A stretch of 64,000 nt of DNA from an uncultured Chloroflexia bacterium (lineage in GTDB: Bacteria; Chloroflexota; Limnocylindria; Limnocylindrales; CSP1-4). Each line of letters begins with the position of its first letter. Positions within the stretch are counted from its first letter, which is position 1. Below are positions 46,812-56,424 of this stretch, piece after piece. Position numbers and translations under genes: made by a program. The DNA is taken from contig CAVYBU010000003.1 in the NCBI GenBank assembly GCA_963766735.1, positions 128,001 to 192,000 of the forward strand, read 5' to 3'. The notes beneath the pieces were generated by a model. The model was not told where the DNA came from and searched no databases. It saw nothing but the letters and a program-made list of their open reading frames with translations.

Positions 46812-48089
46812 GTGAAGACGATTGCCGAGACCGTTGACGTCCTGGTCGCGGGCGGGGGCACGGCCGGGCACGTTGCCGCGATCCAGGCAGCCCGGGCGGG
46901 AGTGGTCACGTCGATCATCGAGGCGGGCCCGATGCTCGGCGGCGCAATGACCGAGGGCGGCGTCTACATGCCCAACCACTTCTTCGGCACCACGGGGCCA
47001 GTGGTCCAGGGGATCCCCTGGGAGCTGTACACGAAGTCGAAGGAGGCCGAGGGCCTGCCGATCCCCGACTGGCGCCGGCGCCGGCCCGTGGAGACTCCCG
47101 GCTACTACAGCTACATCAACGTCCCGGTGTATGCCGCCGTCGCCGAGGAGGAGGCCGTCCGGGCGGGCGTCACCCTCCATTTCCACGAGTTCATCGACGA
47201 GGTCCGGGCCGACGGCGACTGGTGGGAGGTCGTGTCCCGGGGCCGCGGCATCCGCCGGGTGACGCGTGCACGGGAGATCATCGACTGCACGGGCGACTCC
47301 GACGTGGTGCGCATCCTCGGCCTGAAGGTTCTCCGGTCCGAGGTCTCACAACCCGGAGCCCTGGAGTACCGGATCGAGGGCATCGACCTGGAGCAGGTCT
47401 GGAAGGAGGAGGTCCAGGCCATCTACGAGGAGGCCATGCGGGACGGCATCCTCCGCAAGGGCGACTGGGCCTACGCGAACATGGAGCCGTTCGTCTACTA
47501 CCTGCGGCACGGCGGCCACAACGCGACCCACATCTACGACGCGGACACCTCGGATGCCGAGGGCCAGACGCGGGCGAACATCGAGGGCCGCGAGCGCATG
47601 CTCCGGATGTTCAGGTTCGTGCGCGAGAGCATCCCCGGCGCCGAGCGAGCCACGCTCAAGATGATGGCCCCGCGTGCGATGGCCCGCGAGACGTACCACT
47701 CGGTGGGCGAGTACCTGGTCGTCAAGGACGACTTCCTGAAGGCGACGGTCTTCGAGGACCGCGTCGCCAACGCGTTCAACTACGTGGACCTCCACAGCCA
47801 GGAAGTCGGCTGCGAGATCACCTTCGTCGAGGATCCCGACCGGATCCCGACCGTCCCGTTCAGGGCCCTCATCCCGAAGGGGAGCCGGCGGATCACCGTC
47901 GCCGGCCGGAACGTGTCGGCGAACCGCATCGCCTTCGCGGGGATCCGCGCCCAGTGCACCTGCATGGCCATGGGCCAGGCGATGGGCGCCGCGGCCGCGC
48001 TGGCCGTGCAGCGCGGCGTGGCCTCGCGGGACGTCTCCAGCCGGGACATCGTGGCGCTGACGGTCGAGCACGGGGCGGTGCGGGTCTAG
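46812..48089 (+). CDS. FAD-dependent oxidoreductase (FAD_oxidored family)
   Basis: DVLVAGGGTAG, IDCTGDSDV, VPFRALIP, VAGR, CMAMGQAMG; start GTG 46812. Confidence 0.88.
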   Translation: MKTIAETVDVLVAGGGTAGHVAAIQAARAGVVTSIIEAGPMLGGAMTEGGVYMPNHFFGTTGPVVQGIPWELYTKSKEAEGLPIPDWRRRRPVETPGYYSYINVPVYAAVAEEEAVRAGVTLHFHEFIDEVRADGDWWEVVSRGRGIRRVTRAREIIDCTGDSDVVRILGLKVLRSEVSQPGALEYRIEGIDLEQVWKEEVQAIYEEAMRDGILRKGDWAYANMEPFVYYLRHGGHNATHIYDADTSDAEGQTRANIEGRERMLRMFRFVRESIPGAERATLKMMAPRAMARETYHSVGEYLVVKDDFLKATVFEDRVANAFNYVDLHSQEVGCEITFVEDPDRIPTVPFRALIPKGSRRITVAGRNVSANRIAFAGIRAQCTCMAMGQAMGAAAALAVQRGVASRDVSSRDIVALTVEHGAVRV

Positions 48090-48168
48090 GCTCCGCCGGC
48101 CGCCGAGCACCGAGCGCCGGCCGCCGGCCCGCAGCAGCCTGCAGCCGCCGCAGCCGCCGCCGTCCGGC

Positions 48169-49551
48169 TCAGTCGAGCCGGACGCCCTGGCGTGCAAGCT
48201 CCGTGCGCACGAGTCCGACGTCCAGCGTCCCGACGTCCTGCCCGGTGCGGATCGAGATCGCGGCCGCCACGCCCGCGCCCTGCCCGCTGACGGTGCAGCA
48301 CATCATGCTGCGAACTGCCGCATGCGAAATCTTGTCGCCGCCGATGCTTCGACCGGCCACCAGCAGGTTCCCAACACCCTTTGGCACCAGCGACCGGTAC
48401 GGCACGTGGAAGTACCGGCCGGTGGTCGGCAGGATCAGCAGGCCGTAGCCGTCGATGAACTCGGGAAAGATGCCGATGGAATCCTCGAACCGGGCCTGTC
48501 CCCGCACGTCATCGGCGGTCAGGTTGTAGACGGCGTCGATCTTGCGCGTGTCGCGGATCCCCAGCGTCATGCCGAAGTTGCGCAGCCGCGCGTCCTCGCA
48601 CCCCGGCATGAACCCGCGGAGCGCCTCGATCGCGTGCATCGCCTGCTTGCGGCCCTCGATCTCGCCGCGGGTCAGGTCGTCCGCGTCGGTGCCGTCGATC
48701 TCGCCCATGTGGACGAGGTTCAGGTAGGTCAGGTCCCCGTCATCCGACACGGTCCCGTAGGTGCCGGCCATGGTGATCAGGTTGGGCGGGATCACCCCTG
48801 CTTCCACGGCCTTCCTGAACGGCCTGCGCAGGAAGGGCGAGAAGAGGTCTTCCTCCTTGCCGCCGGTCTCGATGTCCCATTCGAAGTTGCCGCCCCAGTC
48901 GCGGTACCTCGGCGGGTCGGCCTTGATCGTCTCGATGAACCTGCGCTTGTTGACGCCGGTCATCGAGAACGTGACCGACGCGGAGAGCATCTCTTCCCTG
49001 GGCGTCCTGTGGACCAGGGCTCCTGAGCGTGCCGCCACGTCGGCATCACCGGTTGCGTCCACGACCCGACTCGCCAGGATCGCCTCCCGGCCCGATTTGC
49101 TCTCGGTGATGACCCCGCGCAGGACGCCGTCCTCCACGATGGGCGCCACGAAGGTCCGGTGGAGCATCGGGTGGATGCCGTTCTCCTCGACCAGGGTGTC
49201 GGCCACCACCTTGAACCGCTCCGCGTCCAGGGCCTGGCTGACCGACTGCGACTCGTCCGAGCTTGCGCCCGCCGCCTTGGCCCGGGCCTCGAGCTCGCTC
49301 CCGACGCCGACGCTGTCCACCGTCTGCTCGTGGCGGTACCAGGCGAAGCTCTCGACGCCCACCGCCGTGATGTTGCCGCCGAAGCAGCCGAACCGCTCCA
49401 GGAGCGTCGTCCGGGCGCCGGCCCGCGCCGCACCGATGGCGGCGCCCAGGCCGCCCGGGCCGCTGCCCACGACCAGGACGTCGGTCTCGTGGATAACGTC
49501 GATGGAGCGGGCCGTCTCCGTGACCTGGAGGGGCAGCGTGGGACGGGCCAT
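48169..49551 (-). CDS. FAD-dependent oxidoreductase (FAD_oxidored family)
   Basis: DVLVVGSGPGG, FGGNIT, VDATGDADV, GIRDTR, VPYRSLVP, VAGR, GQGAG. Confidence 0.9.
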   Translation of the reverse strand: MARPTLPLQVTETARSIDVIHETDVLVVGSGPGGLGAAIGAARAGARTTLLERFGCFGGNITAVGVESFAWYRHEQTVDSVGVGSELEARAKAAGASSDESQSVSQALDAERFKVVADTLVEENGIHPMLHRTFVAPIVEDGVLRGVITESKSGREAILASRVVDATGDADVAARSGALVHRTPREEMLSASVTFSMTGVNKRRFIETIKADPPRYRDWGGNFEWDIETGGKEEDLFSPFLRRPFRKAVEAGVIPPNLITMAGTYGTVSDDGDLTYLNLVHMGEIDGTDADDLTRGEIEGRKQAMHAIEALRGFMPGCEDARLRNFGMTLGIRDTRKIDAVYNLTADDVRGQARFEDSIGIFPEFIDGYGLLILPTTGRYFHVPYRSLVPKGVGNLLVAGRSIGGDKISHAAVRSMMCCTVSGQGAGVAAAISIRTGQDVGTLDVGLVRTELARQGVRLD

Positions 49552-49624
49552 GGAGCGAGACCTCGCGATGGGACGAACGAACGTGGCGGCGCGCCGAGGG
49601 ACGACCGTGGCGGCGCCCGGCGCC

Positions 49625-50698
49625 TCAGCCGGCGATTGCGAAGACGGGTGAGGGGCGGATGTCGAGGCGTACAGCTGCGCCGGGTTGAAGCTGGACGAAC
49701 TCTGCGGCGGCCATCTGGGCCACGATGAGCTCGTCCGTCGGGAGCATGACCTGCACGCGGCAGACGGATCCCAGGAAGCTCACCGCCACCACGCGGGCGG
49801 CGGCACCGGGCTCGGGGATGAGCGTGACGGACTCCGGCCGCACGAGCGCCGTGACCCGCCCGGGTCCGGCCGATCCCTCCAGCAGCGGCACGCTGGCGCC
49901 GAGCAGCTCGACTCGGCCGTCGGCCGCGGTGCCGGCGATCCGGTTCGTCAGGCCCACGAACTCGGCGACGAACGGCGTCCGGGGCCGGTCGTACAGCTCC
50001 GTCGGCGCCGCGATCTGCTCGAGCCGGCCGGTGGACATGACGCCGACCCGATCACCCAGCGCCAGTGCCTCCTCCTGGTCGTGGGTCACGAACAGCGTCG
50101 TCGTGCCCACGGCGATCTGGATTCGGCGGATCTCGTCGCGCAGGACCCGGCGGACCTTCGCGTCGAGGGCCGAGAGGGGCTCGTCGAGCAGGAGGACCTG
50201 GGGTTCGATCGCCAGGGCCCGGGCGAGGGCGACGCGCTGCTGCTGCCCGCCCGAAAGCTGGTACGGGTAGCGGTTTCCCTGCTTCCCCAGGCCGACCAGT
50301 TCCAGCATCTCGTCCGCCCGCCGGCCGCGGCTCTGGCCGTCCTTCCCCCGCAGGCGCAGGCCGTAGGCCACGTTGTCCCGGGCGGTCATGTTCGGGAACA
50401 GGCTGTAGGCCTGGAAGACCATGCCCATGTCGCGCTTGTTCGCGGGGACGTCGGTGATGTCGCGCCCATCGACCACGATCCGTCCGTTGTCCGGCACGTC
50501 GAGCCCGGCCAGCGCCCGCAGCGCCGTGGTCTTGCCGCAGCCGGACGGGCCCAGGAGCGCGACCAGCTCCCCCGGCGCGATGTCGAGATCGAAACCGTCG
50601 AGGGCATGCACGGCGCCGTAGTAGCGGTGCAGGCCCTGGAACTGGACGGCGACACCGGTCCGGCCTTCGAGCGCCGAGATCGCGGGAGTGAGGGACAT
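49625..50698 (-). CDS. ABC importer ATPase (PotA/FbpC family)
   Basis: GPSGCGKTT, MVFQAYSLFP, LSGGQQQR, LDEP, C-terminal TOBE domain. Confidence 0.93.
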   Translation of the reverse strand: MSLTPAISALEGRTGVAVQFQGLHRYYGAVHALDGFDLDIAPGELVALLGPSGCGKTTALRALAGLDVPDNGRIVVDGRDITDVPANKRDMGMVFQAYSLFPNMTARDNVAYGLRLRGKDGQSRGRRADEMLELVGLGKQGNRYPYQLSGGQQQRVALARALAIEPQVLLLDEPLSALDAKVRRVLRDEIRRIQIAVGTTTLFVTHDQEEALALGDRVGVMSTGRLEQIAAPTELYDRPRTPFVAEFVGLTNRIAGTAADGRVELLGASVPLLEGSAGPGRVTALVRPESVTLIPEPGAAARVVAVSFLGSVCRVQVMLPTDELIVAQMAAAEFVQLQPGAAVRLDIRPSPVFAIAG

Positions 50699-51528
50699 CA
50701 GGCGACCCCTTCTTCGATGGACTCTTCGACGTGCCGTCGCTGGCCTCCAGCCACGACGGCGATGCCGAAGATGAGCACGAAGCCGAACAGCAGGGCGGCC
50801 AGCGAGACGGCGACCGAGAGGTACGAGTCCCGCTTGCCGAGCAGGTTGATGACGACCTGGAGGGTGTCGTAGTTGAGGAGCGAGGAGATCGTGAACTCAC
50901 CCAGCACGAGGGCCACGGAGATGACCGAGGCGGACAGGAGCGCGCCCCGGAGGTTGGGGACGATGATCTGGAGCATCACCCGGACCCAGCCGGCCCCGAG
51001 GCTCCGGGCGGCTTCTGCGAGCGTGATCACGTCGATCGACTTGAGACCGGCGTCGATCGCGCGGTGCGCGTACGGGAGGACCAGGATGATGTCGATGAAC
51101 ACCAGCACGAGCGGCGAGCCACGCGTGGCCCTGGTGAGCACCGAGTAGATCGGGACGATCCCGACGACGAGGACGACGGCCGGGATGGCGAGGGGCAGGA
51201 GGCACAGGAACTCGACCGGCCGCTTCAGCTGCGGAACCCTCAGGTAGGTCCAGGTCATCGTCGGCACGAGCAGCGTGAGCATGCCGACCGCGGTCAACGC
51301 CGCGATCGCGAGCGTCGTGATGATGGCCTCGACCAGGTTCGGGTCACCGCCGATGGCGATCCACGCGTCCATGGTCCGAGGGCCCTGGACGCCTCCCGTG
51401 ATGTCGCCGCGCGTCGAGAATTCGAACATGGACACCAGCGGCAGGATCAGGTACCCGCCCACGAGGACGAGGACCGCCCACCGCGCGAGCGAGCCCGGGA
51501 AGCGACGGCGCCGCCTCACCGGAGCCAC
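50698..51528 (-). CDS. ABC importer permease
   Basis: EAARSLGA loop, multiple TM helices. Confidence 0.9.
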   Translation of the reverse strand: MAPVRRRRRFPGSLARWAVLVLVGGYLILPLVSMFEFSTRGDITGGVQGPRTMDAWIAIGGDPNLVEAIITTLAIAALTAVGMLTLLVPTMTWTYLRVPQLKRPVEFLCLLPLAIPAVVLVVGIVPIYSVLTRATRGSPLVLVFIDIILVLPYAHRAIDAGLKSIDVITLAEAARSLGAGWVRVMLQIIVPNLRGALLSASVISVALVLGEFTISSLLNYDTLQVVINLLGKRDSYLSVAVSLAALLFGFVLIFGIAVVAGGQRRHVEESIEEGVA

Positions 51529-52457
51529 CGCGACGCGCGTCGCTGGATCAGCGCGTACAGGGTCATGACGACGGCCACGACGATGACCATGCCCAGGGCG
51601 AGTGCCTTGCCCACGTTCGCCTGGCCCAGGATGACCTCACTGGTCAGTGCTTCCCGGATCTGAAGGGGCACAATCGGGCTGCCCTGGCTGACCAGCGCGG
51701 CGGCCGTGGCGTAGGCCGAGAACGCGTTCGCAAACAGCAACAGGACGGCGCCGAGGAAGCTCGGAGCCAGGATCGGGCCGCCCACGTGCCGCCAGTAGGA
51801 CCAGGCGGAGCCGCCGAGGCTGGTGGAGGCCTCCCGCCATTCCTTCCGCAGGCCGTCGAGCGCCGGCAGGAATACGATGACCATGAGTGGGATCTGGAAG
51901 TACGAGTAGACGACGGTGAGGCCGGTCATTCCGTACACCCAGGTGCTGTCCTTGGTCAGGTCGACCACGCCAAGGTCCTTGAGGGTGATCGTGGCAAAAC
52001 CGTTCAACCCCCAGGTCGCCAGGAAGCCGAAGGCGAGCATGACGCCGCCGAACTGGGCGAGGACGCTGGAACCCGCGACGGCGACCTGTCGGAGGCGGCC
52101 GCCGGGTCCGCCGGACGCCACGGCCCATGCGAGCAGCCCGCCGAACACGGCTCCCAGGAGCGCGGACACGAGCGACAGCTGGATGGAGCGGATGAATGCC
52201 TGGTGGAAGGTGGACCCGGTCAGCACGGTCGTGATGACGTCGAGCGTCGGCAGGCCGTCCTGGGTCTGGAAGGCGCCCACGGTGACGATCAGCGTGGGCA
52301 GGATCAGGAACAGCGCGACATAGCCGAAGAACGGCAGGGTCGGCAGATAGGCGCTCCGGGTCCGGGAGCGACTGGAACTGGCCCCGCCCGAGGCGGAGCC
52401 AGTTCCCGGTTCACGTTCCGACGTTGGCACGGACGCCAAGGTGTCGGTGCTAAGCAA
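51516..52457 (-). CDS. ABC importer permease
   Basis: YFQIPLM, REASTSLGG, FANAFSAYATA; start uncertain. Confidence 0.9.
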   Translation of the reverse strand: MLSTDTLASVPTSEREPGTGSASGGASSSRSRTRSAYLPTLPFFGYVALFLILPTLIVTVGAFQTQDGLPTLDVITTVLTGSTFHQAFIRSIQLSLVSALLGAVFGGLLAWAVASGGPGGRLRQVAVAGSSVLAQFGGVMLAFGFLATWGLNGFATITLKDLGVVDLTKDSTWVYGMTGLTVVYSYFQIPLMVIVFLPALDGLRKEWREASTSLGGSAWSYWRHVGGPILAPSFLGAVLLLFANAFSAYATAAALVSQGSPIVPLQIREALTSEVILGQANVGKALALGMVIVVAVVMTLYALIQRRASRWLR

Positions 52458-52475
52458 GCGAAGCCTGCACGGTTG

Positions 52476-53591
52476 TTACGGCAGCTCGATGTTCCAGTTG
52501 GTCGCGATGTAGTCCGTGACCGTCTTCACCTCGTCCTGGGTCAGGACGACGGGCGTGCCCTCGGCCTGCGCGACCGCGGCGAGCGCGGCCTGGTCGATCG
52601 TGCCGTCCCTGATCATCGCCTCCTGGAGGATCGGTCGAGCGAATCCCTTCAGCCACTCGTTCTGGGCCGCGGGCGAGTACAGGTACTCCATCCACAGGCG
52701 GGCGGCCGCCGGGTGCGGAGCGTCCTTGTTGATGGCCTGGATGTAGTACGCGGCGACCGGCGGTGCGTCGGACGGGATGACGACCTTCCAGTCGATCCCC
52801 TTGCTCACGAGGTCCGACGTGAGGCCCGCGTTGTTGTACTCCCAGTCGATGACGCACGGCGTCTGGCCGGCGGCGATGGTCGCCGGGGTCGGGTCGACGG
52901 GGAGAAGGTTGCCGGCCTCGTTGAGCTTGTTGAAGAAGTCAACGCCTGGGGCGATGTTGTCCGCGGCGCCTCCGTTGGCCAGCGAGGCCATGACCACGCC
53001 GTGCAGGGCGGCGCCAGCCGTCTTGGGGTTGCCGTTGAGGGCGATCGCGCCCTTGTATTCGGGCTTGAGGAGGTCCGCAACGGTGGCCGGAGCCGGGACC
53101 TTGGATGCGTCACAGCCGATGGACATGAAGCCCGCGTAGTCGCCCAACCACAGGCCGGTGGACTCCTTGAGGTTGTCCGGGACGTCCGCCCAAGCCGCGA
53201 CCTTGTACGGCGCGAAGAGCGCGGTGTTGGCGAGCGCGACGTTGACCCCGAGGTCGAACACGTCGGGCGCCTTGTCGGTGTCCTTCAGGTTGTTGGCGGC
53301 GTCGATCTCTTCCTGGCTGTTGGCGTCAGGGTTCGCCTCATCGACCTTGATGTTCGGGTACAACGCCTTGAAGCCGGCGATGACGCCCTTGTAGTTGGCC
53401 CACTCGGGCGGCAGGGCGATGACGTTGAGCTGGCCCTCGGCCTCGGCGGCCTTGACGAGCTCTTCCATGCCGCCAACGTCGGCAGCCGAGGTGGCGGTCT
53501 TGGCTTTGCTCGCGCTGTCGCCGCCACAGGCGGCCAGCGCGATGGCGGTCACCGCCAACGCCACGACGATTCGGGGTTTCATCCTGTTCAA
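52476..53591 (-). CDS. ABC importer substrate-binding lipoprotein (PotD/AfuA-like)
   Basis: Lipobox LAAC, EGQLNVIALP, APDVFD, APHPAAARLW; GGAGG before TTG 53591. Confidence 0.9.
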   Translation of the reverse strand: MNRMKPRIVVALAVTAIALAACGGDSASKAKTATSAADVGGMEELVKAAEAEGQLNVIALPPEWANYKGVIAGFKALYPNIKVDEANPDANSQEEIDAANNLKDTDKAPDVFDLGVNVALANTALFAPYKVAAWADVPDNLKESTGLWLGDYAGFMSIGCDASKVPAPATVADLLKPEYKGAIALNGNPKTAGAALHGVVMASLANGGAADNIAPGVDFFNKLNEAGNLLPVDPTPATIAAGQTPCVIDWEYNNAGLTSDLVSKGIDWKVVIPSDAPPVAAYYIQAINKDAPHPAAARLWMEYLYSPAAQNEWLKGFARPILQEAMIRDGTIDQAALAAVAQAEGTPVVLTQDEVKTVTDYIATNWNIELP

Positions 53592-53790
53592 GATCTGTCT
53601 CCTCCACGGAATGTCGGGACCCCCACAGGGGTGCACCCGTAATGGGGTGAGTTTACGCGCTCGTGGGCGTCTACTGCGAACCGCATTCACGCTGCGGCTG
53701 GGTGGCTCGGTTCACTCGCCGTGAGGCGACCGCTCAATCCCCACCCACTCGGTCGGCAATTCGGACGACGCGTTACACTCGGCAGCGCCC

Positions 53791-54187
53791 ATGGACGACC
53801 TGTATCGCGACTACATCCTCGAGCACTACCGGAAGCCCCACAACTTCGGGGTCCTCGATGAGCCGTCCGCCTCGTACGAAGGCGCCAACCCCCTGTGCGG
53901 TGACCGGATCACGATGCAGCTCACCGTGAAGGACGGCGTCGTCACCGAGGTCGGGTTCACCGGGCCGCGGCTGCGCGATCAGCCAGGCGTCCGCCTCCCT
54001 GCTGACCGACGAGGTCAAGGGCAGGCCCGTTGATGCCGTCGCCGGCTTCGGAGCGGACGACCTGCTGGAGTTGCTGGGCATCGAGATCAGCCCTGCCCGC
54101 CTCAAGTGCGCGATGCTCAGCTTCGAGTCCCTGCAGCACCTCCTGGACGAGACGGGCATCAAGCCGCTCACGAAGGACGCGGGCTGA
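53791..54187 (+). CDS. sufU: SufU/IscU-type scaffold or sulfur-transfer protein (frameshift near 53963)
   Basis: LYRDYILEHYRKP, NPLCGD; after removing one G from the 53962-53964 run it reads FTGRGCAISQAS...ISPARLKCA to TGA 54187. Confidence 0.9.
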
Positions 54188-54209
54188 CAGCCGGAGCACC
54201 AGGGACCCC

Positions 54210-55415
54210 ATGCCCAGGACCTATGCAGAGCTTCTCCGGGAGGCCCGCGCCGAGATCAGGGAGGTCACGCCTGCCCAGGCGGACGCGCTCCGCCGCGAGG
54301 GCGGCGTCGCGCTGATCGACGTCCGTGAGGCCCCCGAGTGGGACCAGGGCCACCTGCCCGGGGCCGTCCTGGTGGCCAAGAGCCACCTCGAGCAGGACAT
54401 CGAGGCGGCCGTGCCGTCCCGGCAGACGCCGGTCATCCTCTATTGCGCCGGCGGGATCCGCTCCCTGTTCGTCGGCCAGACAATGGCAGCGATGGGCTAC
54501 ACGGACGTCGCGTCGATGAGCGGCGGCTTCCAGGCGTGGAAGGCATTGGGTCTCGAGTGGACGCAGCCCGCCCGCCTCACGGACCAGCAGCAGCTCCGGT
54601 ACAGCCGCCACCTGCTGATCCCCGAGGTGGGGTCCTCCGGGCAGGCGAAGCTGCTGGGCTCGAGAGTCCTGCTGATCGGCGCCGGGGGCCTCGGGTCACC
54701 TGCCGCGCTCTACCTCGCCGCGGCGGGCGTGGGGACGCTCGGCCTCGTGGACTTCGACGTCGTCGACCTGTCCAACCTGCAGCGCCAGGTGATCCACGCC
54801 AGCGACCGGATCGGCGACAAGAAGGTCGAATCCGCGCGGAAGACAATCAACGCGCTCAACCCGGACGTGACCGTGGTTGCCCTGGACGAGATGCTCGTCG
54901 CGGGCAACGTGGATCGGATCATTGCCGGGTACGACGCCATCCTGGACGGCACCGACACCTTCGAGACGCGGTACCTCCTCAACGACGCGGCGGTCGCGGC
55001 CGGGATCCCGGTGGTGCACGCGTCCGTGTTCCGGTTCGAGGGCCAGCTGACCACGTTCGTCCCGTACGAGGGACCGTGCTACCGCTGCCTCTACCCGACG
55101 CCGCCTCCGCCCGAGCTGGCGCCCGGGTGCTCCGTGGCCGGGGTGCTGGGCGTGGTGCCCGGGATCATGGGGATCCTCCAGGCGAACGAGATCCTCAAGC
55201 TGCTGCTGGGGATCGGCACGACGCTCGCCGGCCGGCTGATCCTGTTCGATGCCCTCGAGACCGAGTTCACGGAGCTGACGCTGGGCCGGGATCCGGCCTG
55301 CCCCGTCTGCTCGGACGCGGCCCGGGCCGCCCGCGAGGCGGGTGCGCCGCTCGCCGTGCCCGATCCCGCGAGCGGGGTGTTCACGCTCGGCGGGGCTCGA
55401 GCGACCCCAGGTTGA
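54210..55415 (+). CDS. moeB: Rhodanese + ThiF/MoeB adenylyltransferase
   Basis: N-terminal rhodanese (IDVRE, YCAGGIRS), RYSRH, GAGGLG, SNLQRQ, CYRCL, CPVC. Confidence 0.93.
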   Translation: MPRTYAELLREARAEIREVTPAQADALRREGGVALIDVREAPEWDQGHLPGAVLVAKSHLEQDIEAAVPSRQTPVILYCAGGIRSLFVGQTMAAMGYTDVASMSGGFQAWKALGLEWTQPARLTDQQQLRYSRHLLIPEVGSSGQAKLLGSRVLLIGAGGLGSPAALYLAAAGVGTLGLVDFDVVDLSNLQRQVIHASDRIGDKKVESARKTINALNPDVTVVALDEMLVAGNVDRIIAGYDAILDGTDTFETRYLLNDAAVAAGIPVVHASVFRFEGQLTTFVPYEGPCYRCLYPTPPPPELAPGCSVAGVLGVVPGIMGILQANEILKLLLGIGTTLAGRLILFDALETEFTELTLGRDPACPVCSDAARAAREAGAPLAVPDPASGVFTLGGARATPG

Positions 55416-55864
55416 GTCACCCCGGACCGGCCGCAGTCGTCCTGCCGGCGGCGATCGCTGCGTCGATCCGGTCGCAGGCGCGAGCCGAGAGTCCCAACGA
55501 GGCCTGCGGGCTCATCGTCGGGTCCGCCCCGGCAGCCTCGGGCGGGCGCGCTCTCCGGTACGAGGTGTGCCGAAACGCGGCCACCTCACCAGTCCTCTAC
55601 GAGATCGACCCTCACGACCTCCTCCGCGTGGCCGTCGCCGCCGACGAGGCCGATGAGGTCTTCTGGGGGATCGTCCACTCTCACGTCGGGTCGCCGGCTG
55701 TCCCGTCGCCCACGGACATCGGGCTGGCGTTCTTCCCGGACGCGCTCTACATCCTCGTGTCGCTCGCAGCCGACCAGGCCGATCCCGTGACCGGAACGGC
55801 GTCGCTGCGCGCATGGCGGATCCTCGACGGTGCCGTCCACGAGGTCGGCCTGGAGGTCATCTGA
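55412..55864 (+). CDS. mec: JAMM/M67 family metallopeptidase (Mec-like)
   Basis: PNEACG...IVHSHVGSPAVPSPTD; TTG start overlapping the moeB stop. Confidence 0.9.
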   Translation: MSHPGPAAVVLPAAIAASIRSQARAESPNEACGLIVGSAPAASGGRALRYEVCRNAATSPVLYEIDPHDLLRVAVAADEADEVFWGIVHSHVGSPAVPSPTDIGLAFFPDALYILVSLAADQADPVTGTASLRAWRILDGAVHEVGLEVI

Positions 55865-56280
55865 TGGACACCGATCGGGGGCGCCTCGCCTGGCTGGCCG
55901 CCGGCTCGCTCGCGCTGGTCGGCGGGACGCTGCTCGGGTGGAGCGGCGAGCTCCTGGACGCCATCGCGAACCCGCCGGACATCGTACGAGCGGCTCTCGT
56001 GGGCGTCAGCGTGGTGGCGGCGATGTGGTGCCTGGTGCAGGCGGTGCAGCGGCTGGAGGCAGGCCGGCACCTCCCCGCCGGGGCGATGAGCGGACGCGAT
56101 ATCGCGATCCTCGTCCGCGGCGTGCGCTTCGTGTTCCTGGCCGTGGCCGCCCTGTCCGCGGCAGCCGGGTGGCTCATCGGACACCCGTTGCCGATCGTCG
56201 TGGCGCTCGTCATCGCCGGCGTCGACGTCCTCGAGACCACGTTCCTCCTGATCGTCGTGGCGCTCCGCACCGACGGCTGA
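55864..56280 (+). CDS. Hypothetical 4-TM membrane protein
   Basis: TGATG coupling to mec; four hydrophobic segments. Confidence 0.7.
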   Translation: MDTDRGRLAWLAAGSLALVGGTLLGWSGELLDAIANPPDIVRAALVGVSVVAAMWCLVQAVQRLEAGRHLPAGAMSGRDIAILVRGVRFVFLAVAALSAAAGWLIGHPLPIVVALVIAGVDVLETTFLLIVVALRTDG

Positions 56281-56424
56281 ACGGACCCGACCGAACGGCT
56301 CGCGCGCGCGGCCGGCTGCTGGCGCGCGGCCGGACCTTGACAGGCGTGATCGAGGTACGCACCCTTGCTCCCGACCGGCCGCCGCCGGCTCGCGGGCCGC
56401 CGCCGCATCAGCCCATCGAGCTGG

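Noticed and set aside
53640-53720. GTTCAC-like hexamers as PHO boxes, or a riboswitch, before the ABC importer
   Set aside because: Spacings of 18, 16 and 25 bp are not 11-bp phased, and I recognised no riboswitch core.
53955-53975. sufU as a pseudogene
   Set aside because: One extra G in a G run; all three Cys motifs are retained.
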